64,000 bases of DNA from the NCBI GenBank assembly GCA_963713245.1, contig CAVQKZ010000004.1:13223-77222 (forward strand), read 5' to 3'. A program made the translations under genes and the position numbers. Positions within the stretch are counted from its first letter, which is position 1; each line of letters begins with the position of its first letter. The notes below the pieces were generated by a model. It saw nothing but the letters and a program-made list of their open reading frames with translations, ran no database searches and was not told the origin of the DNA. This document shows, piece by piece, positions 58,001 to 64,000 of the stretch. The stretch comes from an uncultured Actinomycetota bacterium (lineage in GTDB: Bacteria; Actinomycetota; Actinomycetes; Mycobacteriales; Jatrophihabitantaceae).

Positions 58001-58266
58001 ACGTCCCCGGCCAGGTCGACCGCGATGCCGGTCGGGCCGGCCAGTCCGCTGGCCACCGTGCTCTGTGAACCGTCGGGTAGCAGCCGCACGACGCTCCCGC
58101 TGTCGTCGTCGCTGATGAACACGGTCCCCGGTAGATAGGTGGTGCTGGGCGTCGCGCCGGCCGGGGCGGCCACGAGCACGGAGGCCACGCTGACCAAGCC
58201 GGCGACGAGCACGGCAGCTGAACCAGCAGCGATCAGTCGCGCGAGGCCACGGTCACGAACACCCAT
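55078..58266 (-). CDS. secreted protein with about 12 NHL blades (double beta-propeller), several Ig-like domains, and an unassigned C-terminal region
   Basis: The preferred start is ATG 58266 (MGVRDRGLARLIAAGSAAVLVAGLV..., a signal or TM segment). The alternative is GTG 58278. There are eleven to twelve repeats of about 42 aa of the type RVVEVPADGSPQTTVGSGLxxPxGVAVDAAGNVYIAD. Thr/Val/Ala-rich Ig-like repeats follow (YSGDTQYAASS...), then about 250 aa with no assignment. Confidence 0.85.
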   Translation of the reverse strand: MGVRDRGLARLIAAGSAAVLVAGLVSVASVLVAAPAGATPSTTYLPGTVFISDDDSGSVVRLLPDGSQSTVASGLAGPTGIAVDLAGDVYVAEYQAGRVTKLPADGSPRSTVAAGLSQPAGIALDAAGNLYVADFNGRRVVKVPADGSPQSDLGTGLNAPTAVAVDAAGNVYIADYANSRVVKVPADGSPQTDVGTGLAYPQGVAFDAAGNLYIADHDNGRVVELPADGSPQHNVVTGFAGPTSVAVDSAGNVYTVNNNDQRAMQVPADGRPPIQVGTGLGNPRVVAVAPSRYAPGTVFVAEAYDDTVVQLAADGTVQGTVGTGLNHPFGVAVDAFGNVYIADTDNHRVVEVPADGSPQTTVGSGLFDPYAVAVDAAGNVYITDTSNNRVVEVPADGSPQTTVGSGLRAPFGVAVDAAGNVYIADTNNSRVVEVPADGSPQTTVASDVAGTGVAVDAAGNVYIADGNNGRVVKVPADGSPQTTVGSGLSYPYAVAVDAAGNVYITDLDTNHTVEVPADGSPQRTVDTASFQPWGVAVFGAVAAPQAITYTSSAPTDAVVGGSYSVVATGGASGQDVRFSVDPATTNGACTMTGATVHFAQAGSCVVDANQYGAAYFNPAPTAPQSFTVGQVPTTVTVSAPGSVFGAPVQAAATVSTATGSATGDVQFSVDGADFGDPVAVTGTVAGATVHSADLTDSVGDPLTVGSHPLGATFTPDDAGTYAAASGTGAQVTSQAASHPTVTVTATTLSSTVVAVAPATGTPTGTVTFTVAGVPVGTAPLVNGVATLAYPTTPAQRSEVGAAYSGDTQYAASSASSAPVNPAITATVTSAHARTSFGWYRSSVTITFHCVTNSAALTQACPAPVRLTHNGAGLSVSRTVTATDGGTATVAVRGINIDSTRPTVQVAGVRNGAGYTGAAPTARCAGRDALSGLATCSIVKHTASSGLTRYSVHATDKAGNTASVSGSYRTLSTYLQGAGYSDGAFTIRTGHTYTLITHGATRPTYYDAAIFPGLPTRRDLRFYPAGHNRWALGVTMTASLHSHRYWNLGIKYQAMQTVKIRVA
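56590..58090. repeat. array of about 126-bp coding repeats (NHL blades), with the central copies very similar at nucleotide level
   Basis: For example gtcgtctg(c/t)ggcgagccgtcggccgggacctcgaccacccgg recurs near 56937 and 57185, and the ...VPADGSPQTTVGSGL... units recur. The boundaries are approximate. Confidence 0.7.
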
Positions 58267-58437
58267 CGGGATCTCCACTCAGGTCGAGCTCCCCGATGCG
58301 GCGTACTTAGCACCAATTTAACATTAAATTGATCTTCCGGCCAATCGCCGGCTTCGGGGTCGCTGAACCGGCGGGGCACCGACCGACGTGGAACAGGGGT
58401 CGGATCGTGCGGTCCGGCCCGTCGAAGGGGTGGGACC

Positions 58438-59710
58438 GTGCCGGAGTTGCTGCGCCAGTTCGAGACGTTGACCGAGCCGGTGACCTCACCGTCGGGCGGG
58501 TGGGCGCTGCGCTACGACGCCGACGGCCGGGCCGTGATCGGCGGGCCGGACGCCACGATCACCTGGGCCGCCGGCGCGGTGGGGAAGCTGCGGTTCGAAC
58601 TGCCGGGCTTGGCGGTGTACGCCGGCGACGAGGTCGTCTGGCGCGGCGACGTGCCCGTGCGCGGCTTCTCGTCGTTGCACGTCACCGACGAGGGCGACGC
58701 GGTGATGTACGACAACGGGCTGCCGATGTACAGCGTGCAACGGGGCCCGATCGAGCCGATCTCGCTGGGCGACCGGGCGCCGGTGGCCGAGATCGGCGGC
58801 AACCGCATCCTCGTCTCGGCCAACGGCCGGCGCCGGGTCGACCCGCACTCCGGGCGTCGGCGACGGCCTCCTGTACCGGGTGAGCTACGGCGTGAGCGCG
58901 GCGGGCGTGTTCCCCGTGCCGCCGGAGGAGGTCCGGACGCTGGAGCAGCCGGACACCTGGCTGACCTGGCGGTTTCTGGACGGCCGTGGCCGCGGTAGCT
59001 GGGAGCTGGTGCTCGTCGGCCCCGACGACGAGCTGCGCTGGGTGCACGGCCGCGGCCACGTCACGACAACCCCCGAACCCGAACCCGAGCCCGCCGCTGA
59101 GCCGACGGCCGAGGCCGGCGACTCGTCGCGGGCGTGGCTGGAGACCGGCCTGGGCCTCGAGGACGCGTACTGCGTGACGGTGATCCACGACGTCGACGCG
59201 GACGAGGCGCTGCGCCGCTTCGGGGCCGGCGACGAGCAGATCTCCACCTCGACGTGGTCCCAGTTGCTGCGGCGGGCCGGCTACGAGGACGTCGGCGTCG
59301 AGCACCACGTGGTGGCGGCATTCGGTCTGGGCCCGCACGCGCTGCTGGTCGAGGACAACGGTTGGACCGGTGCCCGCCGGCCCGACCTGTCGCGCGGCAC
59401 CTTCGCGGTCTCCTCGTACTGCAGCGTCAACGCCGACCAGACGTTCCTGGTCAGCCGTGATGGTGAGACGCTGGCGACCTTCGACGAGAACTCCCCGAGC
59501 TACGCCGTGGGCACCGACCCCGATGTGCTGGTCGACGCGTTGACGGCGATGGGCATCGACGACCTCGAGGCGTTCGACGAGGACTACGACAGCGACCTCG
59601 ACGACCTGGAGCTGCTGTGCCGGGTGGCCGGCGTCCGTCCGACGATCGCCGATGTCACCGCAGCGGCCCGGGTCGCGATCCTGCCGCTCCGGTATCCGCC
59701 CCGGCACTGA
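58438..59710 (+). pseudogene. hypothetical protein with a DUF6461-like C-terminal domain, one frame break as assembled
   Basis: ORF 58438..58998 (VPELLRQFETLTEPV...NRILVSANGRRRV) continues sensibly in ORF 58880..59710 and its upstream frame (...TRTPGVGDGLLYRVSYGVSAAGVFPVPPEEV...AYCVTVIHDVDADEALRRFGA...LLVEDNGWTG...). The break is at about 58843. The domain name is recalled from memory and has not been searched. Confidence 0.6.
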
Positions 59711-59747
59711 ACCGCGCTGGGGACAACTGGGGCATGGGAGCTGGCGC

Positions 59748-60080
59748 TCACCGGGGTTGCCGGTCGATCGCCTCGGCGATGGCCTTGATTCGGCGCAGCC
59801 GCCGATCCCACTGGGCCGCGGTCTCGGCCAGGCCCTTGGTGGCCTGGTCGAACTCGTCGGGCCGGATGCGGTAGGTGATCTGACGGCCTTGCGGTGTGCT
59901 GTCGACCAGCCCCGCCCGTTCGAGGACGGCGAGGTGTTTGGACACGCCCTGGCGGGTGAGGGCCAGCTGGCCGGCCAGCTTGGTCGGCGTGGATTCGCCC
60001 GTGTCGAGGAGCAGGTCGAGCAGCCGCCGGCGGTTGGGGTCGCCGACGGCCGTCCAGACCTCGTCGAGGATCGCGGTCAT
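59748..60080 (-). CDS. ArsR/SmtB-family transcriptional regulator
   Basis: 110 aa: ...VGDPNRRRLLDLLLDTGESTPTKLAGQLALTRQGVSKHLAVLERAGLV... Its ATG overlaps the upstream SRPBCC stop (ATGA). Confidence 0.85.
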   Translation of the reverse strand: MTAILDEVWTAVGDPNRRRLLDLLLDTGESTPTKLAGQLALTRQGVSKHLAVLERAGLVDSTPQGRQITYRIRPDEFDQATKGLAETAAQWDRRLRRIKAIAEAIDRQPR

Positions 60081-60568
60081 GCCGACGTCTGGATGGTGAG
60101 CCCCTCGGCATACCCGCGCAGGCGAAGCAGGAAGTGCTCCCAGCCCTCGTAGTGTTCGGACGCGTAGGCGCTCTTCGCGGCATCGTCCCAGCTGACCGCG
60201 TCGAGCCCGGACTCGCGGACGGCCAGGCGGGTGCCGCCGGATTCCGCGGTGATCCGGAACTCGACGAGCACCGGGTCCGTCGCATCCGGCGTCGCGGCTT
60301 GGCGCTCGGGGGAGACCCAGCTGAACGCGAACAGGCGCGGCCGGTCGGCGCTGACCACGGTCACCTCGATCGTCGCCGAGCTCGATCGCCGGTCGCCGAC
60401 GTGGAAGGTGAGCACGCCGCGCGTCCCGGCCACCGGCTCGAGATCCGCTTCGTCGCTGAACCAGCGCGCGATGTGTTCGGGTTGGCTGACGACGTCGTAG
60501 ACGGTCTCCGCCGAGGCGTCGATGACGATGTCGCGGGTGATGCTGTCGGTGTTCACATGCTCTCCCAT
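60077..60568 (-). CDS. SRPBCC / AHSA1-like domain protein
   Basis: 163 aa: ...ITRDIVIDASAETVYDVVSQPEHIARWFSD...FRITAESGGTRLAVRESG... It is co-operonic with the ArsR regulator. Confidence 0.8.
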   Translation of the reverse strand: MGEHVNTDSITRDIVIDASAETVYDVVSQPEHIARWFSDEADLEPVAGTRGVLTFHVGDRRSSSATIEVTVVSADRPRLFAFSWVSPERQAATPDATDPVLVEFRITAESGGTRLAVRESGLDAVSWDDAAKSAYASEHYEGWEHFLLRLRGYAEGLTIQTSA

Positions 60569-60571
60569 AAG

Positions 60572-60631
60572 CGCAACTTGTGGTTGCGGATCAGTCTAGA
60601 CCGGGCTACCTTCTCACGCAACTACTAGTTG
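60572..60631. promoter_or_regulatory. two GCAAC-N5-GTTGC palindromes in the SRPBCC-ArsR / MFS divergent region (candidate ArsR operators)
   Basis: gcaacttgtggttgc is at 60572-60586. gcaactactagttgc is at 60617-60631 and is a perfect 7-1-7 palindrome. The regulator assignment is inferred from position. Confidence 0.4.
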
Positions 60632-60646
60632 CCAATGGAGCTGTTG

Positions 60647-62071
60647 ATGTCGAATCCCCTTTCCCACCGTCACCCGCGCGGCACGCTCGTCGTCGCGTCG
60701 ATCGCCGCGTTCATGACCAGCATCGACATGATGGTCGTGACGACGGCCCTCCCCGCGTTGCGGCGCTCGCTCGGCGGCGATGTCGGTGCGCTGGAGTGGA
60801 CGATCAGCGGCTACCTGTTGCCCTTCGCCTGTCTGCTGCTGACCGGTTCCGGCCTCGGCGATCGGTTCGGGCGGCGGCGGATCTTCACGACCGGGCTGGC
60901 CGGGTTCGCGGTCTCCTCCACGGCCGCTGCGCTGGCCCCGAGCATCGGTACGTTGGTGGCGGCGCGGGCGGCCCAAGGCGCGTGCGCAGCGCTGGTCCTG
61001 CCGCTGACGCTCACCATGATCAGTGAGGCCTTCCCGCCGCAGTCCCGGGGTCGGGCGATCGGCATCTGGGGCGGCGTCACCGGGCTCGGCGGGGTGCTCG
61101 GTCCGATTCTCGGAGCCGGCATGGTGCAGGCCTTCGGGTGGCCCTGGATCTTCTGGATCAACGTCCCGATCGCCGTGGCGCTGATCCCGGCGAGTCTGCG
61201 CCTCGTGACCGAGACCTACGGTGCTCGCCAGCCGCTGGACGTCGTCGGCGTCGTCCTCGCCAGCTCCGGTTTCCTCGGCGTCAGCTGGGGCCTGACGCAG
61301 GCGAGTGCCCACTCGATCGGGTCGGCGGCTGTCCTGCTCCCGATCTCGGGCGGCCTCGTGGTCGTCGCCGGATTCCTGTCCTGGGAACACCGGACCGGCC
61401 ACCCGATGCTGCCGCTCACCATCTTCCGCAGCGCGCGGTTCAACGTCGCCAACGTGGTCGGCTTCTGCATCTACGGCAGTCTGTGCGGCGCCGTCTTCCT
61501 GACCTCGCAGTACTTCCAGATCGCGCAACACCAGAGCCCCCTCGCGGCCGCCGTGCGCTTCGTCCCCTGGCCGCTGCCCACGATCGTCGTGGCACCACTG
61601 GTCGGCTCCCTGGCCGCGAAGTACGGTAACCAGCGCTTCATGGTCGCCGGTATGACGATCCAGGCCCTGGCCCTGGCCTGGTTCGCCGCCGTGGCCCACA
61701 CGCACACGCCCTACCGCGAGTTGCTGGCGCCGCTGGTGGTCAGCGGCATCGGTATCGGCATGGTCTTTCCGTCCTTCTCCAGTGAGGTCGTCGCCGCCGT
61801 GCGCCACGACCAGATGGGTATCGCGGCCGGCACCAACGCGACCGTTCGCGAACTCGGCGGCGTGTTCGGCGTCGCGCTCGTCGGCCTCGTCTTCGCCGGC
61901 CCGACGACCTACACATCGGCCGACGGCTTCGTCACCGGCTACGTCCACGCGATCTGGGCCTGCGCGATCTTCACCGCAGTCGGCGCGATAACCGCCGCCG
62001 CCGGTCTGGGGCTGTCCACAACTGGTCCGCGGACGGCCACGCCTGCGATCGAGGTACCCGTCAACGCCTAG
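60647..62071 (+). CDS. MFS transporter, DHA2 (EmrB/QacA-like, about 14 TM)
   Basis: The preferred start is ATG 60647, with GGAG 8 nt upstream. The track ORF starts at TTG 60629. Motifs: ...GDRFGRRRIF... and ...WPWIFWINVPI... Confidence 0.85.
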   Translation: MSNPLSHRHPRGTLVVASIAAFMTSIDMMVVTTALPALRRSLGGDVGALEWTISGYLLPFACLLLTGSGLGDRFGRRRIFTTGLAGFAVSSTAAALAPSIGTLVAARAAQGACAALVLPLTLTMISEAFPPQSRGRAIGIWGGVTGLGGVLGPILGAGMVQAFGWPWIFWINVPIAVALIPASLRLVTETYGARQPLDVVGVVLASSGFLGVSWGLTQASAHSIGSAAVLLPISGGLVVVAGFLSWEHRTGHPMLPLTIFRSARFNVANVVGFCIYGSLCGAVFLTSQYFQIAQHQSPLAAAVRFVPWPLPTIVVAPLVGSLAAKYGNQRFMVAGMTIQALALAWFAAVAHTHTPYRELLAPLVVSGIGIGMVFPSFSSEVVAAVRHDQMGIAAGTNATVRELGGVFGVALVGLVFAGPTTYTSADGFVTGYVHAIWACAIFTAVGAITAAAGLGLSTTGPRTATPAIEVPVNA

Positions 62072-62085
62072 CGATCGAGAACAGG

Positions 62086-62628
62086 TCAGACGAGCAGGCC
62101 GTCGACAATGACCTCGAGCATCGGCGCGATGGATGTGGCGGGCAGGTTGCCCTGGTCAACGACACTGGCGATCCCGCCGACGAGCCGGGCGAACTGGAGT
62201 GAGTCGACGCCGGGCCGCAGATCAGCTCCGAGCTGCTCGATGATCTGTGCGTTCGCGGCCCGCAGCGTCTGACACTTGGTGCGCATCGGCGAGGTGTCGT
62301 CCTCCATCGCGAGCGTGATCTTGGCCGGTCCGCCCTTGTGGACCGAGATCAGCTCGACATATTGGTCGAACCAGCGCAGCAGGAGTTCCCGGGACGTGCC
62401 GCCCTCGGCGAGGACCTTGCCGACCGCGTCTTCGACCCCCGCGGCCCAGGCCTGCATCACTGCGTCGACCAGGGATTCGCGAGTGGGGAAGTGGCGGTAC
62501 AGGGTGCCGGCCCCGACGCCGGCCGCCTTGGCGATGTCGTCCAGGGGAGCGTCGTAGCCCCTCGTGCGGAACGCCACTCGAGCGGCCTCGACGATCTTCG
62601 CGCGGTTGCGCGCCGCGTCCACCCGCAC
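62086..62628 (-). CDS. TetR/AcrR-family transcriptional regulator
   Basis: GTG 62628 follows AGGAGG. Sequence: VRVDAARNRAKIVEAARVAFRTRGYDAPLDDIAKAAGVGAGTLYRHFPTRESL. Confidence 0.9.
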   Translation of the reverse strand: MRVDAARNRAKIVEAARVAFRTRGYDAPLDDIAKAAGVGAGTLYRHFPTRESLVDAVMQAWAAGVEDAVGKVLAEGGTSRELLLRWFDQYVELISVHKGGPAKITLAMEDDTSPMRTKCQTLRAANAQIIEQLGADLRPGVDSLQFARLVGGIASVVDQGNLPATSIAPMLEVIVDGLLV

Positions 62629-62666
62629 TGCTCGCCTCCTGTGCTCAATAAATCCATTTGCTAAGT

Positions 62667-62711
62667 GGAGACAGTCTCCGTATTGTCATCGCTGAACCGG
62701 AGAACCTCTCC
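62667..62711. promoter_or_regulatory. palindromes GGAGACAGTCTCC (62667-62679) and GGAGAACCTCTCC (62699-62711) between tetR and the downstream MFS gene (candidate TetR operators)
   Basis: Read directly: the first is a 6-1-6 palindrome and the second a 5-3-5 palindrome, sharing GGAGA/TCTCC arms. The assignment is positional only. Confidence 0.4.
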
Positions 62712-62771
62712 AGATAAGTCTACGTCGGCCCGCCGCTAAACGCACGCGGGCCAGAACAGGACCTCGTTCCG

Positions 62772-64000
62772 ATGACTTCCATGCTCCAAACCCGGCCCGC
62801 CCTGGTCCCGGCCCCACGCCGCAATCCGGCGATCGGTATGTGGGTAGTGCTGGTCGGCCAACTGATGCTCGTGCTGGACGCGACGATCGTGAACGTCGCG
62901 CTGCCGCACATCGCCACGGACCTTCGTTTCGGCTCCGCGTCGCTGTCCTGGGTCCTCAATGCCTACAGCCTCGCGTTCGGTGGCCTGTTGCTACTCGGCG
63001 GTCGCCTCGGCGACGTCCTCGGCCGGCGACGGGTGTTCATGACCGGTCTGAGCCTGTTCACGCTGGCCTCCCTCGCCGGCGGCCTGGCCCAGGCGCCGTG
63101 GGAACTGGTCATCTCGCGGGCGCTGCAGGGCGCCGGTGCCGCGCTGTCGGCGCCATCCGTGCTGGCCCTGATCGCCACGAACGCACCGGACGAGGGCGCC
63201 CGCAACCGCGCCCTGGCCGCCTTCGCCGTCATCTCCTCCGGAGGGGCGGCCCTGGGCTTGATCCTCGGCGGCACGCTCACCGACCTGGTCTCCTGGCGCT
63301 GGACGATGTTCGTCAACGTGCCGATCGGTCTGACCGTCCTGTTCCTCGTCCCCGGTTTCGTCAACGAGACCGCCCGCCGCCACGGTCGGTTCGACTTCGT
63401 CGGCGCCGGCTCGGCGACCGCCGCCGCGGTGTCCATCGTGTGGACTGTCATCAACGCCCCCGAACAGGGCTGGAGCAGTGCACGCACCATCGGCGGCCTC
63501 GTCCTCGGAGCGGCCCTGCTGGTGGTGCTGGCCGTGACGGAGCGGCGGCACCCGCATCCGCTGCTGCGGCCCGCGCTGCTGCGCAGCCGCAAGCGGATCG
63601 CCGGGCTGGTCTCGATGGCCTGTGTGTACGGCGGCATGCTCGCGACCTTCTTTCTCACGGTGCAGCTGTTGTCGCACCAGTTCGACTACAGCCCGCTTCG
63701 GTCCGGCCTGGCCTTCCTGCCCGTGCCACTGGGCGTGTTCGCCATGTCCCGCCTGGCCCCCGGCCTGGTCGCGCGGATCGGACCGGCTCCGCTGATCGCA
63801 GCCGGAACCGCCAGCGTGTTCCTGGCGATGGGCCTGCTGATCGGCGTCGACGGCTCCACCAGCTACGCCGCCGGCGTGTTCCCGTCACTGCTGTTGATGG
63901 GCCTGGGCATGGGCGCGAGCTTCATGCCGATCACGGTCCTGGCCCTCAGCGGCGTCGAGCCGGAGCACACCGGAGCGGCTTCCGGTCTGCTGCAGACCAT
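62772..64000 (+). CDS. MFS transporter, DHA2 family (3' end beyond the window)
   Basis: It is absent from the ORF track because there is no in-window stop. My translation from ATG 62772 reads MTSMLQTRPALVPAPRRNPAIGMWVVLVGQLMLVLDATIVNVALPHIATDLRFGSASLSWVLNAYSLAFGGLLLLGGRLGDVLGRRRVFMTGL... Confidence 0.8.
   Translation, partial: MTSMLQTRPALVPAPRRNPAIGMWVVLVGQLMLVLDATIVNVALPHIATDLRFGSASLSWVLNAYSLAFGGLLLLGGRLGDVLGRRRVFMTGLSLFTLASLAGGLAQAPWELVISRALQGAGAALSAPSVLALIATNAPDEGARNRALAAFAVISSGGAALGLILGGTLTDLVSWRWTMFVNVPIGLTVLFLVPGFVNETARRHGRFDFVGAGSATAAAVSIVWTVINAPEQGWSSARTIGGLVLGAALLVVLAVTERRHPHPLLRPALLRSRKRIAGLVSMACVYGGMLATFFLTVQLLSHQFDYSPLRSGLAFLPVPLGVFAMSRLAPGLVARIGPAPLIAAGTASVFLAMGLLIGVDGSTSYAAGVFPSLLLMGLGMGASFMPITVLALSGVEPEHTGAASGLLQT

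Overview
This is a high-GC actinobacterial chromosomal segment. Hand counts of 60-nt samples gave 45/60 G+C in the cob region and 34/60 in the peptide-transporter gene. It is densely coding, and I found no rRNA, tRNA, CRISPR array, transposase or integrase.

Gene order, left to right:
- a DUF222/HNH endonuclease, truncated at the window edge
- two tandem secreted S53 (sedolisin-like) peptidases
- rmlC and a malic enzyme
- a frameshifted MocR-type regulator divergent from a YczE-like membrane protein
- a 33-codon micro-gene with its own SD and terminator
- a kgd (2-oxoglutarate dehydrogenase E1) / Gfo-Idh-MocA / small-protein operon
- an ABC-2 exporter whose ATPase carries a polyproline tail
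- a translationally coupled operon of unknown product: acyl-CoA dehydrogenase-like, LmbE::NodS-like deacetylase/methyltransferase, GT2, TraR/DksA zinc finger, plus a phosphoesterase lipoprotein
- a divergent pair of F420 enzymes, then lsr2
- a ~23.5-kb aerobic-type cobalamin cluster (23.0-46.3 kb): cbiB, cobQ, cobN, cobG, cobH, cobIJ, cobK, cobF, cobM, cobL, cbtBA, ChlI-ChlD chelatase, cobO, cobB, cobC, cobT, cobA::cobU, cobS, with two cobalamin riboswitches
- a 7.85-kb lower-GC block (VapBC, nitronate monooxygenase, peptide ABC importer), bracketed by an imperfect duplication of the cobS 3' end
- ppm1
- a 1062-aa secreted protein with about 12 NHL blades plus Ig-like domains
- a DUF6461-like protein
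- an SRPBCC/ArsR operon, and MFS / TetR / MFS genes

The sequence as given has many single-base frame disruptions in conserved genes. As a result, several very long ORFs in the supplied track are chimeras of neighbouring or antisense genes. The disruptions are strongly concentrated in the cobaltochelatase genes: cobN has about 8 and chlID has 3.

I see no recognisable defence or other clearly novel multi-gene system. The best candidates for new biology are the LmbE/NodS/GT2/ACAD/DksA operon, the micro-gene, the kinase-less double NHL propeller protein, the FhuF-like protein inside the cob cluster, and the cobS-end duplication.
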